Part shown: positions 1-8,062 of the stretch, in pieces
Position numbering within the stretch: position 1 is the first letter of the stretch
Layout: each line of letters begins with the position of its first letter
DNA from: a virus
DNA: 64,000 nt
IMG/VR virus record: IMGVR_UViG_3300002835_000063
Span: 1-64,000 of that record
Reading direction: 5' to 3' (one strand)
The notes under the pieces: generated by a model
Database searches by the model: none
What the model saw: the letters and a program-made list of their open reading frames with translations, nothing else
What the model was told of the DNA's origin: nothing
Made by a program: the position numbers and the translations under genes

Positions 1-332
1 AAGATTTCTTCGCAGCGTCTGTGCAATGTTTGCATCAACTGAACGTTTGCAACAGAAATGTTTTTATCAGCAAAGTTGTCAGTGATTTCCAACAAGCCTT
101 CAGCTTTTAGATTCTCGAGGTCATCCCGGCCAAACTTTTCAAGAGCGTGCAATCGCATCTCCGCCAGGTACCGGTAGTTCCAGTCTTCTTCAGAGTAGCT
201 GTTTGCTTCCGTGAAAAGTTCCTCCAGCTCATCCTGTGTGACAAAGTTTTTTAGTTTAAAAACGCGGGGCAAGATCTCCTCCGTCTCATACCCCAGCGAT
301 TGGATGTCCCCGAATGAAAGCTCCCCGGTCAT
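1..332 (-). CDS. Partial gene running off the window; probable 2OG-Fe(II) oxygenase N-terminus
   Basis: Not in the ORF track. ATG at 332 gives MTGELSFGDIQSLGYETEEILPRVFKLKNFVTQDELEEL..., open to the edge. xxKNFxTxEE resembles the starts of other oxygenases here. Confidence 0.5.
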   Translation of the reverse strand, partial: MTGELSFGDIQSLGYETEEILPRVFKLKNFVTQDELEELFTEANSYSEEDWNYRYLAEMRLHALEKFGRDDLENLKAEGLLEITDNFADKNISVANVQLMQTLHRRCEEI

Positions 333-340
333 GGCGGTCC

Positions 341-634
341 TTACTCTAAACGCAGAGGCGCGGGCGGAGTGTACGGTGACTTGAACTCTGGTAAGTCCAG
401 GGGCTCAATCGGTTCAACAAGAGAATCGCTTAGCGTAGGTCCGTCGACCAAAGCGGTGTGACTATACACCAAACCAACTCTAAAAGCAAGCAGATCCGTT
501 AACAGGTGATGCGCTTCGTTTGCAAGAGCGGTTAGGCGGATGTGCTCAACGCGGTCCTTGCTGTTATTGATATCCGTTTTCAGGTGTTCATAGTGAGCGC
601 GGGCCGCTTCGACCAAGGCATCATAATCTCTCAT
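341..634 (-). CDS. Hypothetical protein
   Basis: 97 aa ORF tightly packed between neighbours. Confidence 0.7.
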   Translation of the reverse strand: MRDYDALVEAARAHYEHLKTDINNSKDRVEHIRLTALANEAHHLLTDLLAFRVGLVYSHTALVDGPTLSDSLVEPIEPLDLPEFKSPYTPPAPLRLE

Positions 635-637
635 CGG

Positions 638-1609
638 TTATTTATCTTCCTGGTTAACGAGCGCGGGCCGCTCTTCATCTTTTAATGATTCGTTAAAAGT
701 TTGAGTAGGTCCGTTGATCAAAGCAGATTCTGTCAAGGGGGACTTGACATCTTCGACCACAACCTCGGCGTCTATCACAGAGTTATCGGGCGCGAGCCGT
801 GCCGCGGCCTGTATAGCACCCGCCGCCAATCGGTCAAGCCGTTCAGCAATGATCTCCGCGGCGGGCCGAACTTCAACGTTAAGGTTAGAGTCAACTTCGT
901 AGCCGCCCCTAACCCCAGCTCGGTCGAGGATCTCGGTTGCGGCTTTTAGTTTGACCGGTTCGCTCTCAGCGTATTCCATGAGCTCTTCGAGTTTGTCAAC
1001 AGCGAAGGGCGCGGCTTGCATCAACTTTTCACGGGCGCGTTCGATGTCGTCGGAGGTCTTGTGTTTGAGATTGCGTAGGTGTATTCGGCACAGGCCGTCA
1101 TCCTTTGGTGCGCCAGACGCCCATAGCATGCAGCGGATTCCGTCGAACTTAACTTGGCGGCAGCGGTGAGGCAGGGCGGCAGGCTGGCGTTTGTCAGACG
1201 CCGGTCCACCGTTTTCTTGTTCCTTCAACCACTTACGAGTCGCGCCCAGAACCCAAGGTGGAACCAGGTAATCCGTTGACTCCTCGGCGATTAGATCCAG
1301 GCCGGTTAGGTAGTCTGAGTTATTGTCGGTTGGGTTAACCAAGATCGGGCGTTTTTCAGAAAGCGATTGGATCCGGCGCTCGCGGGTTGAATCGGCGGAC
1401 CTTACTTTGAGCAGGCCGCTCGAAGATCCGTCCTGGGTGTAAACGGTTTCCCAAATAAGCTTGGATCTTCTGAGGAGGGCGCGGTTCTGGAAGGTGTCCT
1501 CGCAAACGCCCCTATCGAGTTCTTCGATGCCAAGCTCGCTTAAATCGGCGCGTGCCGCTACTGGGAGGTCGATTACGAGGTCGGATAGGTTAATTGGGGT
1601 GTCGGCCAT
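638..1609 (-). CDS. Zn-finger plus helical protein; possible terminase small subunit-like
   Basis: CRQVKFDGIRC...LCRIH motif followed by AVDKLEELMEYAESEPVKLKAATEILDRAG, a pattern seen in putative phage TerS-like proteins. Confidence 0.4.
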   Translation of the reverse strand: MADTPINLSDLVIDLPVAARADLSELGIEELDRGVCEDTFQNRALLRRSKLIWETVYTQDGSSSGLLKVRSADSTRERRIQSLSEKRPILVNPTDNNSDYLTGLDLIAEESTDYLVPPWVLGATRKWLKEQENGGPASDKRQPAALPHRCRQVKFDGIRCMLWASGAPKDDGLCRIHLRNLKHKTSDDIERAREKLMQAAPFAVDKLEELMEYAESEPVKLKAATEILDRAGVRGGYEVDSNLNVEVRPAAEIIAERLDRLAAGAIQAAARLAPDNSVIDAEVVVEDVKSPLTESALINGPTQTFNESLKDEERPALVNQEDK

Positions 1610-1632
1610 GTTAAACGCCCCTAGCGTTAAAG

Positions 1633-1687
1633 GACGACCCTGCCAACTGGGGAGAGGACTGTGACAGGGCCGTCTCCGTCAATTGTA
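1633..1687 (-). promoter_or_regulatory. -10 element plus 5' leader hairpin of the 638-1609 gene
   Basis: TACAAT at 1682-1687 (minus); 13-bp stem 1633-1645/1662-1674 with G-U pairs valid only on the minus strand. Confidence 0.55.
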
Positions 1688-1871
1688 GGGTAAATTTGGC
1701 GAACCGAGTTGGGTAGACGCCGCTAATGTTACTTGACATGGCATCAATTGTACATTCGTGAAAAGTTGGTGATTATTTTTGGAAAGTTTTTTTGCGCGTG
1801 GAGAGGGAGAGCGCTCCTGTTTTGGACATTTATTAAGAACGACTCCACTTTCCCCCACTTTAAACCACTCA

Positions 1872-2111
1872 TTATGGCTTGCCGGAGAATCGTCCGTTGC
1901 TATCTCTTTTGATACCTTTAATCGCCATGAAGTATGAATTAACGCTTTTTAGAGTTTGTTGATTAACCCACACTGCAAAGGCCTCGTCTCGATCTACATA
2001 CCCGGCTTGAGGCATAAATAGTTTTCCAGACTCGATCCAGTTATAGACGGTCTTAACTGAAACCCCCAAATCGGTTGCAACTATTGGGATCTTTGTCCAG
2101 TTAGTTTTCAT
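1872..2111 (-). CDS. Excisionase/MerR-like HTH DNA-binding protein
   Basis: VATDLGVSVKTVYNWIESGKL HTH signature. Confidence 0.75.
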   Translation of the reverse strand: MKTNWTKIPIVATDLGVSVKTVYNWIESGKLFMPQAGYVDRDEAFAVWVNQQTLKSVNSYFMAIKGIKRDSNGRFSGKP

Positions 2112-2805
2112 GTTTATCCATATCTAAAATTCGAGCCTCGGTGATTCTGTATTGGTCTGGCGAGATGTCATTGTATACAACTTTTCGACCCAACCGGAGT
2201 GTTGCCACGGCAGCTGTTCCAGTTCCCCCAAATATATCTGCAACTGTATCCCCCTCCTTAGAAAACGCAAGTATAAATCTTTCGTAAAGTTCTTCGGGGA
2301 TAGTGCTTCCGGTAAACCCGATGGAGTCATATCTAGATAGGCTATGGGGATCCAAAGGTAGCTTGACCACATACTCCCTCTTGGCTGGATCGACATAGAA
2401 AGACTCTTTGTAGAAGTGGATTATGAGTCCCATCTTTTCGTAGTTCAAAGATTTTAAAAATTCAGTGGAGGAAAAGTCCCAGACAAAAATTTGACCAACG
2501 GTTAGGTCTGTCTGGCTTTCGACTAAGTTGCACAATCTTGGGACTATGTTATATTGATTTTGAAGCATCATGAATATTGATCCGTTAGGGGCCAGTGCTT
2601 CCCCCATTCGAAGAACAGAAACTAAAAGTCTGGCTAGGTAGTCATCTACAGATTCGACCTTGTTGATGTGATCTTCGGGATCTCCTCCATACTCGTCTAG
2701 GGCAGAGCCAAGATATGAAGGGTTCACAAAAAATAGATTGACGCTCTCAGGATCTAAAAATTTGTCAGTAGCATCTAAGCAATAAAGCTTTACGTCGTCT
2801 CTCAC
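2101..2805 (-). CDS. SAM-dependent methyltransferase, N4/N6 DNA MTase-like (beta order)
   Basis: NPSY at the motif IV position; GDTVADIFGGTGT SAM-binding motif near the C-terminus. Confidence 0.75.
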   Translation of the reverse strand: MRDDVKLYCLDATDKFLDPESVNLFFVNPSYLGSALDEYGGDPEDHINKVESVDDYLARLLVSVLRMGEALAPNGSIFMMLQNQYNIVPRLCNLVESQTDLTVGQIFVWDFSSTEFLKSLNYEKMGLIIHFYKESFYVDPAKREYVVKLPLDPHSLSRYDSIGFTGSTIPEELYERFILAFSKEGDTVADIFGGTGTAAVATLRLGRKVVYNDISPDQYRITEARILDMDKHEN

Positions 2806-2814
2806 TGATCTCCC

Positions 2815-2856
2815 TAAAAAGAATACCGCCCCAACACTTTACCATGTTGAGGCGGT
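2815..2856 (-). terminator. Intrinsic terminator
   Basis: CCGCCUCAACA/UGUUGGGGCGG stem followed by UAUUCUUUUU. Confidence 0.7.
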
Positions 2857-2973
2857 TTTCCTAACCCTAGCTTGGGTTATTTTGTTTCCCTCTCCCGGAA
2901 ACAAACTTGGTCCTGCGATGTGTCCATTCTTTCGGCCCGTTCAAGACCTTCTTCCTAAAACACACCGCAGGGT
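2815..2973 (-). ncRNA. Candidate structured small RNA or leader RNA
   Basis: TAGAAT -10 at 2980-2985; four consecutive stems; ends in a terminator-like hairpin plus U run. Confidence 0.55.
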
Positions 2974-2985
2974 AAAAACATTCTA

Positions 2986-4044
2986 CTACACGTTCCCTCG
3001 GAATGAGTACCACATTGAATTCCTTATCCTGTCTATCAAATCCGGGGCATATCTGTTGTGAGGTATGCCTACATATTCAAAGCCTAATGCATGGCTGACA
3101 ATTGAGTACTGACTGTGATAGGTCTGAGTTTGTACCTCGTCTTCCCCCAGGTTAGTAATTAGCGGAGTGACTAACTCAACAACGCTAGATTCTTCTGGCA
3201 TAAAGAACATATTGAGTAAACCAGAACTGGTAGAAGATGCCAAAACCGTTGCTTGGCTAATTGTCTCTATTTGATGTTTAAAATCAGTAAACTCTTTCTC
3301 TGGACAGATTATCTCAAAATCTGCGGTGTCCCTCAAAAAATTCTCTACTTTGTCTTCAAAGAAAATACGAGCGGCCAGTCCAGGGAAATCTATGTGTGGG
3401 TTGTCTTTAACCCCCAGATAATCCTCGATGCTAATAATCTGTCGGTCTTGGGTGGATCTTCTAGAGAGATATATTTTTTTATTGGTCGATGGTTTTATGT
3501 CTGGCAAAGACCTACAAAATTTTCGGACCCTTTTTATGTCTGATACATTAAAGAAAATTGAATCAAAGATTTGAATGTTTTTTGCTGGTATTAATAAAAT
3601 CTCTAACGGGCCTAAAGTTTTTTGATATTTTAACTTAATCAAATTTACCTGGCCGGTGGACTCTAGGGCATCAAGAAAATAATCAATTACTGTTGCACCC
3701 GTCCCCATTAAACTTTGGTCCCCCGTTGAATCAAGTTTTGATTTTGGTTGGACTACAAGATTTAGGCCTACCCAACCGGATCTTATTTCTATCTGCTTGG
3801 TAACTTCAGACAGTGTCTCTAGCATAAAGTGCCCCATCTGTCTGTAAAAAGGAATATAGACTTTAAGCTCGTCTGTCATCAATGGGGAGTCAGATTTAGG
3901 CACTAAATAAGAAAGATATTCTTTTGGGATTTTATCTTTATGCTCAAAAAATCCACCAAAATTTTGATCGAGGAAGAGGAGATAGCCCTCTTTTTGGATG
4001 GGAGGGTTATTGACCTCGGGAGTAAAAGACTGTAATAACGGCAC
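2986..4044 (-). CDS. Glycosyltransferase family 61 (DUF563-like)
   Basis: GHFMLE, KKIYLSRR and SSGLLNMFFM...VVEL motifs. Confidence 0.7.
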   Translation of the reverse strand: MPLLQSFTPEVNNPPIQKEGYLLFLDQNFGGFFEHKDKIPKEYLSYLVPKSDSPLMTDELKVYIPFYRQMGHFMLETLSEVTKQIEIRSGWVGLNLVVQPKSKLDSTGDQSLMGTGATVIDYFLDALESTGQVNLIKLKYQKTLGPLEILLIPAKNIQIFDSIFFNVSDIKRVRKFCRSLPDIKPSTNKKIYLSRRSTQDRQIISIEDYLGVKDNPHIDFPGLAARIFFEDKVENFLRDTADFEIICPEKEFTDFKHQIETISQATVLASSTSSGLLNMFFMPEESSVVELVTPLITNLGEDEVQTQTYHSQYSIVSHALGFEYVGIPHNRYAPDLIDRIRNSMWYSFRGNV

Positions 4045-4110
4045 GGTTAGATTCTACCTAAATAAAAACGGGACTGCAATTAAAATTGCAATCCCGATTT
4101 TACTCTTGAT

Positions 4111-4398
4111 CTATTTCTTTTTTGCTGGCTTCTTTTTAGTGGCTTCGCTGGCAAGCTTCTTACCGACTTCAGCTGCTAATACTTCAGCCACTCTACCAAA
4201 AGCTGGATCTTTTTTATTGATCCAACGAAGTAGAGTTGGAATTGCAGATGCCCAGAGAGCGTTAGCTACAAGTAGCCACTCCCCTACACCAAACTCGACT
4301 GGAGAAACAATTCCCGATGTCTGTCCAACAATCACGATTGCTCCAATGGCCTGACCCAAAAGATTTCTTAGGTAAGACTCGAGTGCTGCTTTGTTCAC
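4111..4398 (-). CDS. Small membrane protein, holin-like
   Basis: Two hydrophobic segments, LLRWINKKDPAFG, basic tail. Confidence 0.55.
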   Translation of the reverse strand: MNKAALESYLRNLLGQAIGAIVIVGQTSGIVSPVEFGVGEWLLVANALWASAIPTLLRWINKKDPAFGRVAEVLAAEVGKKLASEATKKKPAKKK

Positions 4399-4667
4399 TT
4401 TGAGGCCTTCTTCTTTGCAGAAGCCGGCTTCTTAGCTACTGGTTTCTTGGCCGCTGGCTTCTTTGGGGCAGCTGGCTTCTTCTTGTCACCTGAAGCAACC
4501 TTGCCAGTTCCGGCAGAAGTTTTCTTAGTTTCAATTCGAGACTTGTCAACTGCTAGCTGGGCACGGCGAACCTCTGCCGCCTCCTGAGCTAGAGCCAAAG
4601 TCAACTTCTCGCTGTAGGACCCAGTTACCGCCTTGCGGAACTTCTCCCATCCTGAGATTTTTGCCAT
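4395..4667 (-). CDS. Lys/Ala/Pro-rich basic protein (histone H1-like tail)
   Basis: KKPAA repeats at the C-terminus. Confidence 0.6.
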   Translation of the reverse strand: MAKISGWEKFRKAVTGSYSEKLTLALAQEAAEVRRAQLAVDKSRIETKKTSAGTGKVASGDKKKPAAPKKPAAKKPVAKKPASAKKKASK

Positions 4668-4720
4668 AACTTATTTTTCCTAACGTTAGTTTTGGTAATT
4701 GCATCCTAGCACAGGTTTTG

Positions 4721-5296
4721 CTAGGAAGGTGTTGCTGTGTTGTCAACGACTAAAGTAAGGCCCTTAGCATTCCTCTTGGCATTTGCTTCGTCGCTGTCTG
4801 TATAGACTTCCCGACACTTTGCGCAATAGAGATAGTAGTACCCCTGATCTGGGTCTTTGCCATCTATTTTTGCTTCATAGAGTCGATATCCGTCTGAGTC
4901 GCACATAACTGGGAAGACTTTGGTCTCCTCCCCACAATCATCACATTTTAGATCTATGATCCATTTTGCATTTTGATTGAACTCGTCGGCTATAGCTTTT
5001 TGAGACAAGAATATTCCTCGGGTAAGGGCATGTTTTTCCCCCGAACCTAAAGTCCTGCTCAAAAAATATTTAGTGTTTGGTACTTCAATTACCGGGCGAG
5101 AGTGTTTACATGGACAATCAAACCTGGCTGGTCTGCATTCGATTCTTCCAGTGTCTTCACTTCGTTTGTGTCTAGACATCGAGTGCCCACAGATACAGAT
5201 ACGCTTGTCATTTTGTCTTGGGTCTTGAGCAATCGTTTTATCGAGTAGCTCGAGCTTCTCTTCACTGACATCAAACGCATCTAAAAATGAGGACAT
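4721..5296 (-). CDS. Cys-rich putative Zn-binding protein
   Basis: CICGH, CPC and two CxxC motifs; start moved to the ATG at 5296. Confidence 0.65.
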   Translation of the reverse strand: MSSFLDAFDVSEEKLELLDKTIAQDPRQNDKRICICGHSMSRHKRSEDTGRIECRPARFDCPCKHSRPVIEVPNTKYFLSRTLGSGEKHALTRGIFLSQKAIADEFNQNAKWIIDLKCDDCGEETKVFPVMCDSDGYRLYEAKIDGKDPDQGYYYLYCAKCREVYTDSDEANAKRNAKGLTLVVDNTATPS

Positions 5297-5297
5297 A

Positions 5298-5663
5298 CTA
5301 ACTCTTAAAGTAGGTAGGAGTTGAATCTGAACTTGTTTGACTAGAAGATGCTCCTGCTGGAGCTCCCGCAAAAATATTCATTTGAGCAGCTAGCTCCATG
5401 TAAATTGGATTTGAACTAGCAACTTGAGCAATCTTTGTGCCCTGATTTACTAGTAGTTCTTGGAGCTTTTCTGCAAACTCGGTTTCGGTTCCAGTCAAAA
5501 CTGATACCCAGTCTTCACCGTTGTGTATTGCAGGTGATCCCTCACCGTAGGTGATCACATATCCGTACTTCATTCCCATAATCTCAAATGGGTTTAGCAA
5601 GATGCCATCTGGATCCCGAACAATTCTGAATCCTCGCATCTGTCCTGCATTAGGTTTTAGCAT
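5298..5663 (-). CDS. Hypothetical protein
   Basis: 121 aa ORF with GAGAGG RBS. Confidence 0.7.
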   Translation of the reverse strand: MLKPNAGQMRGFRIVRDPDGILLNPFEIMGMKYGYVITYGEGSPAIHNGEDWVSVLTGTETEFAEKLQELLVNQGTKIAQVASSNPIYMELAAQMNIFAGAPAGASSSQTSSDSTPTYFKS

Positions 5664-5678
5664 ATTTTCCTCTCGTGC

Positions 5679-6119
5679 TTAGCCTAGATATTCTAGTTGC
5701 TGTAGTCGCTCTTCCGGGACGTTATCCCAGATTGTTCCATCGTAGTGAAATAGCTCACCCCTGGAATTCTGATACCACCCTGCATTTGCAGTCTTTAGTG
5801 ATTCCATAAATCTTCCTTTGTTGTCTCTCATAAATTCTGGCCAACTGTCTTGGCTCTCGTACTTTCTCTTTAGGTCTTCGTAAATTGGACTTCCCATAAC
5901 CTCAACCTCGTAGTGAATGATTCTTGCACTGTAGTCATTTAGTAGCTCTTTGTCAACTTGTGGTGCCTGAAAAATAGTCTGCCCCGGATATCGATCCAAC
6001 AGCTCTTCCCGATCCTTCAGCGTAATCGTGTACTCCTCAAATGCCTCAAGCTCCTGGGCACTTGCTCCTGATTCAGTCAGGTATTCTTCTATCTCATTGA
6101 TGTAGTTTCTGATCCACAT
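5679..6119 (-). CDS. Hypothetical protein
   Basis: 146 aa ORF; TAGGGT 6 nt before ATG (leaderless). Confidence 0.7.
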   Translation of the reverse strand: MWIRNYINEIEEYLTESGASAQELEAFEEYTITLKDREELLDRYPGQTIFQAPQVDKELLNDYSARIIHYEVEVMGSPIYEDLKRKYESQDSWPEFMRDNKGRFMESLKTANAGWYQNSRGELFHYDGTIWDNVPEERLQQLEYLG

Positions 6120-6612
6120 ACCCTCACCCTAGCACCATTTGCAACCATACGCAATACATAAATCGCAACTAGTTTTTCTCTACGATCTGGGCCATAAAAA
6201 TCTCTCTATTTTATAATACATAATACACCATATTTTATATATAATTAGCGATTATTTTTTCTGTAAGGCCTAAGAGAAACTCTATACGCGTAGTACAAAA
6301 ACTTATTGCTAATTATATATTTAGTATTATTATATAATGTCATTATCAAAAAAATCTGTCAACTCGCATTTATCTTTGATAATAACTGCAATATTTTACT
6401 ATCAGAAATTCTTTTCCTCAATTTAAATTTTTTGATAATAAATATTAGAACTATTTTTCACCTTTTGCTCCCTAAGTTAGGCATTTTCCTGATAATGAAT
6501 AAATAATCAATAATCAATAATCAATAAAATCAATCTATAAAGAGCTCTAGATTTAACCACAAAATAGTCACCACTACAAAAATTGACTTGAATTGATTAT
6601 TGATTATTGACC
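6120..6612. other. AT-rich non-coding locus; candidate replication origin
   Basis: Longest non-coding and very AT-rich stretch; contains TAATCAA arrays in inverted orientation. Confidence 0.45.
6504..6610. repeat. Tandem TAATCAA heptamers and their inverted copy
   Basis: TAATCAA x3 at 6504-6524; TTGATTATTGATTATTGA at 6593-6610. Confidence 0.85.
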
Positions 6613-6624
6613 TACAATGTTTAC

Positions 6625-6867
6625 ATGTCAGCAGAACGATTGCCAGTTAGTACTCTTCCAGTTACGTTACGGCGTCTGGAACTTTGTACTTATGCAATCC
6701 AGGAGATCCACTCTCAACTGGAAGATCCCGAAGGACCGGATGACAAGGCTGACCTCATTCTTGCCACAGAGCGTCTAGTAGCCGAAACCGTTGACCTCTA
6801 CCAGACCGTTAGACTTTACGTCTGGGGCGAAGAGGAAGAAAGAGAAAAAGAAAGAGAAGCCGACTAG
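6625..6867 (+). CDS. Hypothetical protein
   Basis: TACAAT 6 nt before the ATG at 6625. Confidence 0.65.
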   Translation: MSAERLPVSTLPVTLRRLELCTYAIQEIHSQLEDPEGPDDKADLILATERLVAETVDLYQTVRLYVWGEEEEREKEREAD

Positions 6868-7061
6868 CGGTTAAACCTTGGCGGATATAGAGCCTTTACT
6901 ATTCTTAGCCGGATCTCATCCTTTTCGGACTGGCTTTCAGCCTCGTCCAACATTCTCTCAATATCACGTTTGACAGTTTTAGCCATCCACATAATAAATA
7001 GTCCAAACACTGCCAGGCACACTGCCAAGAAAACTAGAGCTATTTGAAGGGCGTCTACCAT
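6864..7061 (-). CDS. Small membrane protein
   Basis: N-terminal TM segment; TATAAT 6 nt before ATG. Confidence 0.65.
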   Translation of the reverse strand: MVDALQIALVFLAVCLAVFGLFIMWMAKTVKRDIERMLDEAESQSEKDEIRLRIVKALYPPRFNR

Positions 7062-7270
7062 GATTTAATTATAGGTCGCCCAGCTAAGACTCAATTAGAA
7101 CTAAAGTTTGCCGTCTTGCATCCACTTGGCAAAAATGGCGTCTGAATCCTTGGCAACTTGCTTACCCTTCTTCCACTGACGAAACGCTACAAACACAACC
7201 AGCCAAAATTGAACGGTTAGTACTGCAAAGACTCCAGCTACAAAAGAGGCCCAGTCCCAGTTAATAACGA

Positions 7271-7654
7271 TCATTTCTCTATCCTCCTACTTATTTTGTA
7301 CTTTTCTAAATCTACTACATCTTTACCAGTTGACTCATAGGTAAGACTGTCGTAACCGGCTTGGACATGGCCAAGACTGTCTACTGACAATTTGATGCCA
7401 GTGTACATTAAAACGGTCATTAAGTCAAGCGTTCCAATTTTTATGCCATACTCTCTGTAAAGATTTTTGGCAAGCATCTCGGCTCTTATCCTTTGGCAGA
7501 TTGCAGGATCTACTCCGGTGCTTTCCTTCTCCCGCTCCTGGAGATCCGCTATACGCTCCTCTAGCGTTCCCAAATCAAATTCAATTTCGTCAAAGGTTTC
7601 TTCAGGACCCAGCAAGCTCCCGAATTCATCGAATCCGTCTTCTTTATCTCTCAT
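7271..7654 (-). CDS. Hypothetical acidic protein
   Basis: 127 aa ORF, AGGA RBS. Confidence 0.65.
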   Translation of the reverse strand: MRDKEDGFDEFGSLLGPEETFDEIEFDLGTLEERIADLQEREKESTGVDPAICQRIRAEMLAKNLYREYGIKIGTLDLMTVLMYTGIKLSVDSLGHVQAGYDSLTYESTGKDVVDLEKYKISRRIEK

Positions 7655-7735
7655 GTTTATATCCTAGTAAAAAGTCAAGATCTCGTCAAACCCTTATAAT
7701 TTTAGAGGGGAGAGGCTAATTCCAGGAGCCTCCAA

Positions 7736-8062
7736 GTGCCATCTAAGACAGTTATAAACAAAACTGCCAAGAAAAATAATTCCAAGTTTCTATTGACAAT
7801 AGACATCTTTTGGCGTATAGTAGCCACCTTTATTGCCTCCGCCCTAGCAGTTATTGGAGCGGGCTCCATAATTGGTATCGATGTCTGGCTATCGGCTGCC
7901 CTCGGAGGTTTGCTTGCTGTAGCCAAGGTTGTAGAAAAACTTGCCCTCGCTTTCCTAGAGGACGGAAAGATTAGCCGCGCTGAAGTCAACATGATCTTCA
8001 GCCAAGTTGTCCGTCTAAAAGAAGCAGGGGACGATCAGAATGCGTCTAAGCCTAAGAAGTAG
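7736..8062 (+). CDS. Membrane protein, holin-like; paralog of 37483-37770
   Basis: Two TM segments; [12 protein letters not shown]...[13 protein letters not shown]. Confidence 0.6.
   Translation: MPSKTVINKTAKKNNSKFLLTIDIFWRIVATFIASALAVIGAGSIIGIDVWLSAALGGLLAVAKVVEKLALAFLEDGKISRAEVNMIFSQVVRLKEAGDDQNASKPKK

Noticed and set aside
595-672. 14-bp direct repeat GAGCGCGGGCCGCT (595, 659)
   Set aside because: Only two full copies within coding sequence; no supportable function
6306-6506. 66 aa I/L/N-rich ORF
   Set aside because: TTG start, no RBS, composition typical of AT-rich non-coding DNA
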